A model generated the notes under the pieces. The model did not search any database and was not told the DNA's origin. It saw only the letters and a program-made list of their open reading frames with translations. From Hypanus sabinus (taxonomy: Eukaryota): a stretch of 64,000 nt of DNA. The position numbers and the translations under genes are program-made. Shown here in pieces: positions 24,201 through 34,400 of this stretch; the stretch's first letter is position 1; each line of letters begins with the position of its first letter. The stretch spans positions 130,200,001-130,264,000 of the forward strand of contig NC_082712.1 of assembly GCF_030144855.1 (NCBI RefSeq). The letters are read 5' to 3'.

Positions 24201-27200
24201 AGCGTCCGTCGGTCAGATTACCAGGCCACATGCCCAACAGCAGACCAGACCAGGCCCGGTGGGGAGTGCACACAACACAGAGGCAGGAGTAAGGAGGACA
24301 GTGAACAGTGGTGTTTCTACCACCAGCGGTGGGGCACAGAAGCCTGCCGTTGTCGCCTGCCCTGCAAGGGCCAGGGCCAGCAGTGGCTAATGATTGTGGT
24401 GGCTGGCCACTAGGACAGCCTCTTGTACATCTGGGACAAACAGTTGGGATGCCGCTTCTTGGTCAACACCGGAGCGGAAATCAGTATCTTGCCTCGCAAC
24501 GGGGTACGACACCCGCAACAGGAAGCCAGGACCCACCCTGAGGGCCGCAAACATCAGCATGATACGGACCTACGGCACCCGCACAGTGCAGCTGCAGTTT
24601 GGCGCCAGCCGGTTCACGTGGGACTTCACACTGGCCGCGGTGGCCCAACCACTCCTGGGGTCGGACTTCTTGTGAGCTCACAGCCTGCTGGTCGACTTGC
24701 AAGGGAAAAGACTGGTACATGCCGAGACTTTCCAGATGTTCTCCCTGGGTGAAGCCAAGTTGCCGGCCCCACACCTGGACTCCATCACACTGTCAATCAA
24801 TGAATTCACGAGAATCCTGGCGGACTTTCCATCGATTCTGGCACCGCAGTTCACGGCAGCCATGCCCAGACATGGGATACAGCACCACATTCCAACCTAG
24901 GGACCACACCTCCATGCCCGTGCACGAAGGCTCCCCCCGGAAAAGCTCTGCCTGGCGAAGGAGGAGTTAGAGGATGGAGGAATTGGGGATCGTATGAAGG
25001 TCCGACAGCCGATGGGCCTCCCCCCTGCACATGGTGCCCAAAGCAGCCAGGGGTTGGAGACCATGTGGCGACTACCGCAGACTGAATGAGGCTACAACTC
25101 CAGACCGCTACCCTGTGCTGCACATACAGGACTTCGCAGCAAACCTGCACGGGGCAAGAATCTTTTCTAAAGTAGACCTCGTCCGGGGATACCATCAAAT
25201 CCCGGTGCACCCTGAAGACATCCCCAAAACAGCACTCATCACCCTGTTCGGCCTGAAGAATGCCGCACAGACATTGCAGCGGTTGATGGATGCAGTGGGA
25301 CGTGACCTGGACTTAGCGTTCATCTATTTGAATGACATCCTTATAGCCAGCAGTAGTTGCCAGGAGCATCTGTCCCACCTCCGCCAGCTCTACTCCCGCC
25401 TGAGTGATTTCAGCCTCATGATCAACCCGGCCAAATGCCAGTTCGGTCTCGATACCATTGACTTCCTGGGCCACAGGATTACCAAAGACGGGGCAACACC
25501 TCTGCCCACTAAGGTAGACACAATCCGCCACTTTGCCCAGCCAAACACGGTCAAAGGCCTGCAGGAGTTCTTTGGTATGGTGAACTTCTACCACCGTTTC
25601 CTCCCCTCAGCAGCCCGTATCATGCGCCCTTTGTACACCTTGATGTCGGGTAAAGGCAAGGACATTACTTGGGAGGAAGAGGCCATGGCCGCTTTCGTTA
25701 AAGCCAAGGAAGCCTTGGCAGATGCCACGATGCTGGTGCACCCCAGAACGGACTTTCGAACCGCCCTCACAGTGGACGCATCCGACACAGCAGTCGGTGG
25801 GGTGCTGGAGCAGCTCATCAAGGGGCACTGGCAACTCCTGGCGTTCTTCAGCAAGCACCTACGACCACCCGACCTCAAGTACAGTGCTTGTGACCAGGAG
25901 CTGTTGGCACTGTATCTGGCAATCCGGCATTTCAGGTACTACTTAGAAGGCAGGCCGTTCACGGACCACAAACCATTGACCTTCGCATTCACTAAGGTGT
26001 CCAATCCCTGGTCGGCTCGCCAGCAGCGACATCTGTCCTACATCTCCGAGTACATGACGGACATCCAGCATGTCTTGGGAAAGGACAATGTCGTGGAGGA
26101 CGCACTCTCTAAACCAGCTGTCCAGGCCCTGTCCCTGGGGGTGGACTATGCAGCACTGGTGGAGGCGCAGCAGGCAGACGACGAGATGCCCAGCTACAGG
26201 ACCGCAGTCTCGGGTTTGCAGCTGCAGGACTTTCTCATAGGCCCAGGTGAGAGGACCCTCCTGTGCGACGTTGCTACCGGCCAACCTCGCCCCATCCTCT
26301 CGGCAGCCTGGAGGCGGCGAGTTTTCGACTCCATACATGGTTTGGTGCACCCATCTATCAGGACAACTGTCCGGCTGGTCTCCAGCAAGTTTGCATGGCA
26401 TGGACTTCGCAAGCAGGTCAGTGAATGAGCCAGAACGTGTACACAGTGCCAAACAGCCAAGGTGCAGTGGCACACTAAAGCCCCGCCGCAGCAGTTCAAA
26501 CCCAGCCATCGGAGGTTCGACCACATTCATGTGGATATCATGGGCCCCCTACAAGTGTCCCGAGGAGCGCAGTACCTCCTAACTATGGTAGACCAGTTCA
26601 CGAGGTGGCCAGAGGCGGTCCCGCTCACCAACACATCTGCCGATTCCTGCACCTGAGGACGAACCCACAGCAATCCTGGACAGACTACGCGAAAGGCTCG
26701 GCAACCTGGTCCCTGTATCAACTTCACAGCACGGATGGACCCCGACCCATGTACCCAAAGACCTGCAGGACTGTAAGTTTGTGTTTGTACAAAGGGGCGG
26801 ACACTGGGCACCGCTACAGCGGCCGTACGAGGGGCTGTTCAAGGTGATCAACAACATCAATGGGTCCACGTACGTTCTGGACATTGGGGGGGGAAAGAGG
26901 AGGTTTTCATGATGGACCGACTCAAACCAGCCCATGTGGACTTGGCACAGCCGGTCGAGGTTCAGGCACCACGGCGCAGAGGCAGACCTCCCAAACAGAG
27001 GCTGATCCAGACTGTGGACATTGGTGGGTGTATCGCTGGTTCTGGGGGGCGGGGGGGGGGGGGAGTTATGTGGCGACCTACTTTCTGCGCAGGCGAACTG
27101 GCTCACAAATAGCCAGCGCGCGGGGAGAGACGTTGGTAATGCACCTCTGATGTCATTTCCACCCAGAGAGGGCGGGCGCTAGGGATTAAATGCCAGTGCC

Positions 27201-28322
27201 GCGAAGTTTGAATAAACTAGTCTCGAAACGACTTACCGACTGCATGTCGTCTCTAGCTCTGTGTGTCGTACATCGCTACAGTAACATCATAAAAGCTGGA
27301 TTGATTTTTCATTATTTTCCAGGTTTCAAAGGGAACCTGACTGAAGAAGCAATTCCAATAGTTATTAACATGGTTCTGACAATTGGAAGTATGTTGTTTT
27401 CCTTGTACTACTTGTTGTGGCAGACCTATGTGCTGAGAGCGGATGTTATAATCAATGCAATCCTGCTGGTAATTTATGGATTGGAGGAAGTACTGGACAT
27501 AATTGCTATTTCAGCTTTTGTGAGGTAATTTGATTGATTTCCCTTGTATCTAAGTGTATACAAATGATACAATGATAACTATTACTTGTTTCCTCTTTGT
27601 TCCATGGATACCATATTTGGAAGTTTTAAAAACCTGTTGAAACCTCTATTGTCTAATTTAGGAATGCCCGAACCATTCACACAAATTTATTTCTTCTTGG
27701 TAAAGTGAATATTATTGGTGGTATGTGATCTGTGACTGGCAAATTCCCTACTACTGTTCATGATAAGACGATTCCAAATTAGAAACTTATGTAGCTAAGT
27801 AATATGAAATGTTTTTAAAATTCAGTACAATTTTTGTGCACATTGATTACATTCTGGAAAAACTATATTTTTCTCATTTGAATTTGGTCAGAAATCTTAA
27901 TTTACCAGAAATTCAGGTAAGGTCTCAATATTTATTTTAATATCATTTTTAATGACAACATTTTTGTACAGTTTCAAAAGCCAAGAAAAAATTTTTAAAA
28001 AATATTTCTGATTTAACATGGCTGCCAAAACAGCAAAGTGGCAACTGCAATGCATGAGCTGAAATCAGCTTTATTTAGCTCATTAGATGCCAACAGTAGG
28101 ACAGAGTTAAATGAAATGTTGTTTATTGTGTGCCTCGAGAATGCTACCAAGCACAATTCATAGCAATTTTTAAAAGATCTAAACAAAATGATTGTGCATA
28201 TTAATATCAGGCTAGAAGAAATTGTTATTCAATGTCTGTAACTAGATTCACTTTGATATTAGCAGTGTTTTGAAAACTTAATGAATTATAGTATCTTTAT
28301 TTTGCCCAGGATCTACGCATGA
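18270..28322 (+). CDS. TMEM80: TMEM80 (TMEM17/TMEM216 family ciliary transition-zone membrane protein); spliced CDS join(18270..18285,20555..20571,21466..21559,21651..21743,27323..27524,28310..28322), 144 aa
   Basis: Joined translation [144 protein letters not shown]. It matches recalled human TMEM80 motifs (LSSVPLQM, YKSQVFSYP, GNLTE, LLWQ, AIAAFTR) better than TMEM216. All intron phases are compatible. Exons 1, 2 and 6 are less certain than exons 3-5. Confidence 0.9.
18305..18318. promoter_or_regulatory. RFX-binding X-box, GTTGCTGTGGCAAC
   Basis: Near-palindromic 14-mer close to the X-box consensus GTTGCCATGGCAAC, ~20 nt into intron 1 of a ciliary gene. Confidence 0.7.
19891..20152 (+). 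mobile_element. tRNA-derived SINE in TMEM80 intron 1
   Basis: A box tggtgtagtag, B-box-like gttggaatc, (CA)n-like tail, possible TSD ACAATA. Confidence 0.65.
20555..20571 (+). CDS. TMEM80: TMEM80 17-nt microexon (exon 2, VNYASV)
   Basis: Acceptor cttttcatttacag|, then donor |GTATCCTTT (U12 consensus). It restores frame between exons 1 and 3. Confidence 0.8.
20572..21465 (+). other. U12-type (minor spliceosome) GT-AG intron, 894 bp
   Basis: 5' splice site GTATCCTTT (20572-20580); branch point TACCTTAAC (21443-21451) ~15 nt before the terminal AG; no polypyrimidine tract. Confidence 0.88.
21466..21559 (+). CDS. TMEM80: TMEM80 exon 3 ([11 protein letters not shown]...MVIYK)
   Basis: aacag| acceptor preceded by U12 branch point CCTTAAC; donor |GTAAGT; TMEM80-like peptide. 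Confidence 0.92.
21651..21743 (+). CDS. TMEM80: TMEM80 exon 4 ([18 protein letters not shown]...IRLYH)
   Basis: tatgtttcag| acceptor, G|GTAAGA donor, hydrophobic TM segment; follows a 91-bp intron. Confidence 0.92.
23683..24390 (+). pseudogene. Gypsy gag-like ORF (frameshifted at 3' end)
   Basis: [19 protein letters not shown]-type gag N-terminus; a CFYH..WG..A..C..PC knuckle appears in another frame (24177..24413). Confidence 0.85.
24423..27010 (+). pseudogene. Gypsy pol (protease-RT-RNase H-integrase), disrupted
   Basis: ORF 25031..26428 covers RT/RNase H with YLDD changed to YLND. Integrase [12 protein letters not shown] lies at 26462..26656, then the core is deleted. Multiple stops and frameshifts. 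Confidence 0.92.
27323..27524 (+). CDS. TMEM80: TMEM80 exon 5 (GFKGNLTEE...AISAFVR); read-through without splicing ends at TAA 27526-27528
   Basis: ttattttccag| acceptor; lies within ORF 27190..27528; two TM helices; ends AG|GTAATT. Confidence 0.92.
28310..28322 (+). CDS. TMEM80: Putative TMEM80 terminal coding exon (adds IYA-stop)
   Basis: tctttattttgcccag|G ATC TAC GCA TGA is phase-compatible with the donor after 27524. AATAAA follows at 28779-28784. Confidence 0.6.
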
Positions 28323-28778
28323 TGTGATTGGAATGATGCAGCATTCGTTTCATTTATCCACCATTCCTATCTCCTGGATGACTTTGGAGTTTGTATCATA
28401 GGATCAACAGTTTTTTATTAAATTTTTGTGGGATATTATGTAAATATTGGTTAATATTCCTATTATGTATTTTTGTATTTTCTAATTAATCTAATAGCTG
28501 CCTCCAAGAGGATCCACAAACTTCTGAGGCTGCTGCTTTCCTCTTTTCATTCAATGTCACAAAGTGCCGCTGTTTATCCTGTATTATCTCACAATACACC
28601 ACTCTGCTCAGAGACAATGTCATTTATTCAGTGTTCTAATAGGATGCCAAGTGAAAAGGAAGATGGATATACATCTTAAAGCGTTGTCCTCTGCACTGAA
28701 TGACAAATTCTTTTGTCAATTGATTGTGAACAAAATTTTCAATTTTATTCTTTTGAGGGAAAGTATCTAATTTGTCAT

Positions 28779-28784
28779 AATAAA
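28779..28784 (+). terminator. Candidate TMEM80 polyadenylation signal AATAAA
   Basis: AATAAA ~460 nt after the putative last coding exon, just before repeat-derived sequence. Confidence 0.4.
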
Positions 28785-29011
28785 ACTAATTATAAAGTTC
28801 GATGTTTCAAAGTACACTTATTATCTAAGTATGTATGTAGTATACAAGCCTGAAATTCATTTTCCCACAGGCAGCCACTAAACAGAAATGGAACCTGTTC
28901 AAAGAAAATCATCCAATTTCCCCCTCCATGCAATGCACAAAAAAAAAGCAAGAAACACAATATAAAACGCCAAGATCAAAAGAGTCCAGGCATGTTCAGT
29001 TCAATCTTCCC

Positions 29012-29885
29012 ATCCCCCCCCCCCCCCCTGATTTTCGCAGGGATTGCTCCCTACATTACTCCCTTGTCTACTCGTCCCCACATCCCTTCCCACCGATCTC
29101 CCTCCTGGCACTTATCCTTGTAAGCGGAACAAGTGCTACACCTGCCATACACTTCCTCCCTCACCACCATTCAGGGCCCCAGACAGTCCTTCCACATGAG
29201 GCGACACTTCACCTGTGAGTCGGCTGGTATGATATACTGCGTCCGGTGCTCCCGGTGTGGCCTTTTATATATTGGTGAGACCCGATGCAGACTGGGAGAC
29301 CGTTTCGCTGAACACCTACGCTTGGTCCGCCAGAAAAAGCAGGATCTCCCAGTGGCCACACATTTTAATTCCATGTCCTATTCCCATTCTGATATGTCTA
29401 TCCATGGCCTCCTCTACTGTCAAAATGAATCCAAACTCAGGTTGGCGGAACAACACCTTATATACTGGCTGGGTAGCCTCCAACCTGATGGCATGAACAT
29501 TGACTTCTCTAACTTGCATTAATGCCCCTCCTTCCCTTCTTACCCCATCCCTGACATATTTAGTTGTTCGCCTGTTCTCCATCTCCCTCTGGTGCTTCCC
29601 CCCCCCCCCCACTTCGCCTGAAGCCTCCTGTCCCATGATCCTTTCCCTTCTCCATCTCTGTATCACTTTTGCCTATCACCTTTCCAGCTGTTAGTTTCAC
29701 CTCACCCCCTCTGGTCCTCTCCTACCATTTTGCATTTCCCCTTTCCCCCACTATTTTCAAATCTCTTACTATCTTCCCTTTCAGTTAGTTCTGATGAAAG
29801 GTCTCGGCCTGAAACGTCGACAGTGCTTATCCTATAGATGCTGCCGGGCCCGTTGTGTTCCACCAGCATTTTGTGTGTTGTTGTT
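29012..29885 (+). mobile_element. Penelope-like element 3' portion (GIY-YIG endonuclease + pseudo-LTR with hammerhead motif)
   Basis: ORF 29133..29522 ([32 protein letters not shown]), followed by CTGATGA..GAAACGTC. Confidence 0.9.
29786..29823 (+). ncRNA. Minimal type I hammerhead ribozyme motif of a Penelope-like element
   Basis: tagtt-CTGATGA-aAGGtctcggCCT-GAAA-CGTC-gacag: intact catalytic core, stem II, palindromic ACGT stem III, GUC cleavage triplet. Confidence 0.75.
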
Positions 29886-30581
29886 TCAATATCAAGCTTC
29901 TGTTTTATTTGGCCACAAAGAATCATTATATTGAATTCTATCATACACAAGCACTAGCAAAGACTGAAGTCTGACTGCTGTAGTGATGATGTTCATTTTG
30001 CTTTTGCATGACACATAGAAGTTTGAGCAGTTTGGAATTGGTCAGGATTTTGAGAGCTGATGGCAGTAAGCCTGTAGTGCTGCATCTGTATCCAACAAAC
30101 ATTTAGTCAAATTACAGCCATCAACCTTCCAGGATACTTGCAGCATCTTTGATTGTGTTGAACTATATTCATACCAGGCACAAAGTGTGTGCTTATCTAT
30201 TGAACAACTAGAGTAAAGCAGAAATTACCTATGTAGCAAGATCCAGTTAATGAGAAATTTGCAGATCTTGAACTTGCAGATGGAGGTACTGAAGTAATTC
30301 ACATTGACAGCTTAGGTGTAATCAAGAAGCTTGTGATACTGCTTCAACTTTTATGAATTTGCTTATCCTAGTCCAGATGAAAATAATAACAGTGGTGGAC
30401 ATACAGAAATCTTGAACATTGTACTTTAACAGTAAACAAACACAACAATATAGTTCCATAACCTCAATGTTCACACTTGTAATGGAATCTTGTGAGATTG
30501 CAAGCATTTGAAGTATTAAATAATTTTCTCTCACTGATATTGTTAACCTAAATTTAACAAAATGTTGTTACTCCATTCAAT

Positions 30582-30587
30582 TTTATT
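30582..30587 (-). terminator. Candidate SDHAF2 polyadenylation signal (AATAAA on minus strand)
   Basis: tttatt on the plus strand, ~720 nt past the SDHAF2 stop in AT-rich unique sequence. Confidence 0.35.
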
Positions 30588-31306
30588 CTGGTTAACAAGT
30601 GAGGCAAATGTTAGAAGCTAGTGTTTCATGGATAAACAACTCATTTTCCTTTCCCCACCCCCAGTTATGTCATTCTATTAATAACATTCGCTTTCAAGTA
30701 CCCTGGACAGGTTCTTTCAATCTTCTGAATGCTCTCTTTTTCCTAAATTCCAGTCTTGGTCAGGGCAAGAGATCTGATCATGTAATTTTCCCCCTCTCAC
30801 TCTCATTAATTTTTCATGTGGGATAGAGAAGTAACTAGGTTGGAGGATTTGCCGATTCCAATCATTCTGCTAGACTTAGCTAACTTAGGAAAGCTAATAA
30901 TTTGTAACTTTATATCACATTACTCAAATATCACACCTAACCACTCAGCTAATAAACAAGGTTCAATGAAGTATATTATACTATCTTTTTTCAGCTTAAA
31001 TTTCTTTTATACACAATCATAAATTGATCTCATTCATTAACATTTATATAAATCAATTGTTTCTGACACAGAAATATCAAGGAATCAAACTTTGAAGGGG
31101 AGGATTTTAGTTGCATGGTTTACTTTTATGTATGTAGTGCAGTTCACACATCGCAGAAAAAAGGTTTAGTGGTATGTAATTTTGAAAAATGCTGACAGTG
31201 AAATTTGAATATAGGAATTTCTGTGTGCTGCTGAGTATACCTGGTATTTGCAAAAAGTAAATCCATCTCTCATCAGTAGTTCATGTAGGGGCAATATAAA
31301 CCCATT

Positions 31307-31437
31307 TTAATTTTTGTCTTCAAAGAGATAGTCAAGGGCAGGTTGCCCTGCTCTATGTTCCATATTACGGTTTTTGGTAAATTCTTTCAGCAAAGTCATT
31401 ACTTCATTGTCAAATTCTGGAGGAGTCGGCTTGGTTT
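31307..31437 (-). CDS. SDHAF2: SDHAF2 exon 4 coding part (131 nt incl. TAA)
   Basis: ttcactgaaacag| acceptor; encodes [21 protein letters not shown]...LDYLFE. Confidence 0.95.
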
Positions 31438-34400
31438 CTGTTTCAGTGAAAGAGAAGAAAAACAAAGTCACAACAATCAATTATATGGAGTAAGTTTCAG
31501 AATGACAAAGGCTGACTCAAACCCAATGCCCTTTTCAACCCACAAAAAGATCAGTTCTTGCCTATTTAAATTCTAGAGGAAGGTTAACTCAGATGATGTT
31601 TACTAAGGTTCAGACAAAATTGCTCCTTTTTTAAAAAAATGTATCTACATTTGGGGTATTACTAGTTAAATACCACTGCAAAATTTTGATTCTTCATTAT
31701 CTGAACAAATTACCCATGTTTGTTATTCAGTACGTCTTGATGAAAAATGCAGATGAGTATACTTTCTTGGCTTAACAGTAATGACCCTAATAGAAACTAT
31801 CTCATATGAACTACACACACAAAATGCTGGTGGAACACAGCAGGCCAGGCAACATCTATAGGGAGAAGCACAGTCGACGTTTTGGGCCGAGACCTTTCAT
31901 CATATGAACTACTATCATTTTACATGGGCATTTAATTAATATTGCTGCCTAAAAAGTCATACATAATTTACTTTTGGAGGTGGGGGGGGGGGGGGGGGGA
32001 AGCATTGTTTCTGAAACCAATGACCTGGTCATCAAATGCTACTCACCCACTCAAAATTCCCCACCTTCCTCTCAAAGCCTTTCAACTTCTTCCTCACCCC
32101 AGGGTAATGGAGAAATTGAATAAGATCCCCTTAATCCTGAGCCCAAGCTTTCCCAGCAGGACACGTCCAGGACCAGGAGGACACTTACTCTCTCTTGTTC
32201 ACTTTCCACAAGTCTGTTATTAGGAACAGAATGTGGGTCCAGGTAAATGTGGCCAGCAAACACTAGCATACCATACTTTAATTTCTAATCAATCACAACA
32301 GTATTTTTCATTGGTTCGTTATCTTTCTACAGAACTCTTGTGACAGCTGGTGGTTTGCAGTTTTAGAGGGGAAAGCAAGTTGTAAAGGGCATGAAGTCAC
32401 TCAATAATTGTCCTTAAACCAGGCTGGAAGAAGGGTGATGTGTGTAGAGTAAACAGCTGTATCTGTACAAACCTGTTATCCAGTAGTAAATATCCCAGTC
32501 GTTGGTTGGCTGATTGATCAGCTTATCATACAAACTTAGCTGCTTCCCAGTCATTTCATTCAGGTACTTTTTTGCAAAGAAACTGAAATGTAAAATAATA
32601 AATTTAAGTCTAGCTATAAACTTCTGATGTTCAGCTTTAAAACATATTTCAACACTGGATGAGATTGTTAGCAACTGAGTTAAACAAAATGTAAAGTGTC
32701 AAATGTTTCTGACACCAATCAGTTTAACATCTTCTCTAATAAATAAAAGGCAGGATTCCTTGCAACCTTCTTTATTTTCGTTAATCTTTCTTCTTCCAGT
32801 AGCATGAAATTATTTTGTGTTTAGTACTTACAAAATAATTCATGAATTCTTGGGTAACTGTTTTTATGTTATATCAGTTTATGTAGAATTTTATATTTCA
32901 AGCAATGAAGTTGTTCTATCATATAAATAGCTCTAAATGACAAGTTATAGTAATCCAATTTACATGGCGAATTCATCTAGGGTTTAGTCTACTCCACAAT
33001 GATGCTTCTAGTTGTAAATTTGTGCTACAAATCTTTATTTTTGTTAACTGAACAGAAAAATACAGAGGGAAATACATTGTACTTGAGGCAGCAATACCAA
33101 CAGAAAATACTTTCAGGTGTGTTCAAATGTAGAAATAAAAACTCTTTGCAATTTCTCAAATAACACTCAGGTCAGAACAAGATGTGGAATACAGTAAAAT
33201 CCTGGGAATCTGCTATCAGACTATTAAGAATTCTTGATGGTTCGGCATCTGGATCAGCAGGTAATATTCGCTGCACTACCTGTCTGCTCACTGGACCTCA
33301 GTTCTAATACTCTTTTTTTCATCTATTGAGGCTCCAATTCTTACCTTCTCATATCTGGAAAAAAAAATCATATTGTGTAACATTTAAAAACCGAATTAAA
33401 AGAGGAATTAGGTATTAAAATGAACAACATCCACTAGTCCAAAATACCTGCTAGTCCTGCAACACTAGTTTAGAGCTTGCCAGATTTTTTTTGAACATTA
33501 GTGTATCAACTAACAAGACAGAATGGTATCAGGAGAAAAAGCACAATTAGAGAACAACACCTTATCAAATTGTAACTCAGTAGGGTCTATCGTCAAATTT
33601 AAGGGTCACTTTTACCTCAGTAAAATGCAATTCTCTAACATTCCACGTTTACGGCTCTCATAGAGCAGGCGTGCCCGCTTTGTGTCCAGTGGCTCATTTG
33701 TTCGCTCTTCCCATGGAGGCAGTGGTATTTGTATGATATCTGTTAAACGATCATCAGTATCACCACGATATGCTCTGATAGGGGAAGCACCCAGTATGGC
33801 CTGAGCAACTCTTCCTCTGGTCAGGCACCTAACCTATAGAAAACAAGATAGAGAATCTTTTAGCCTATACATATTAAACAACTTTTAAATACACGCAATG
33901 GCCAATTTATTAGGTGCACCTATACACCTGCTTAAAAATGCAAATATTTAAAAAATTATTTTTATTGAGACACAGCATGAAATAGGTCCTTACAGTCCTT
34001 CAAACTGTGCCAACCAGCAATCCCCTGATTTAGTCCTAGCCTAATCACAGGACAATTTACAATGACCAATTAAACTACCAATCAATACATCTTTGGACTG
34101 TGGGAGGAAACTGGAGCACCCAGAGGAAATCCATATAGTCACAAGTAGAACATACTTACTGGCAGTAGCAGGAATTGAACCTGGGTTGCCAGTACTATAA
34201 GCGTTGCGCTAACCACTACACCACCATGCTACCCATCTCATCAATCACGAGGCAGCAATCCAATGTATTAAAACATGGTCAAGTGGGTCAGTTGTTGTCA
34301 GACCAAACATCAGAATGGGGAAGAAATGTGATCCAAGTAACTTTGACTTTGGAATGATTGTTGGTGCTACATGGAGTGGTTTTGAGTATCTCAAGAACTG

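Larger units (their letters stand above)
23470..27280 (+). mobile_element. Ty3/Gypsy LTR retrotransposon with both LTRs (3.8 kb, defective), in TMEM80 intron 4
   Basis: LTRs 23470-23682 and 27069-27280 (TG...CA); 4-bp TSD GTAA (23466-69 / 27281-84); PBS TGGTGACC at 23684; purine tract before the 3' LTR. Domain order is gag-like, protease ([13 protein letters not shown]), RT ([12 protein letters not shown]), RNase H, integrase. Confidence 0.96.

Noticed and set aside
24308-27150. Many overlapping or antisense ORFs of 70-195 aa (e.g. 25943..26530, 26579..27106)
   Set aside because: Shadow frames of the GC-rich Gypsy pol region with no independent motifs.
21466-27528. Calling the membrane-protein gene TMEM216 because of its proximity to CPSF7/SDHAF2
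   Set aside because: Diagnostic residues (PLQM, YKSQVFS.P, GNLTE, LLWQ, AI.AF.R) match recalled TMEM80, not TMEM216 (PLEI, YKGVLLPYP, GNLCQ).
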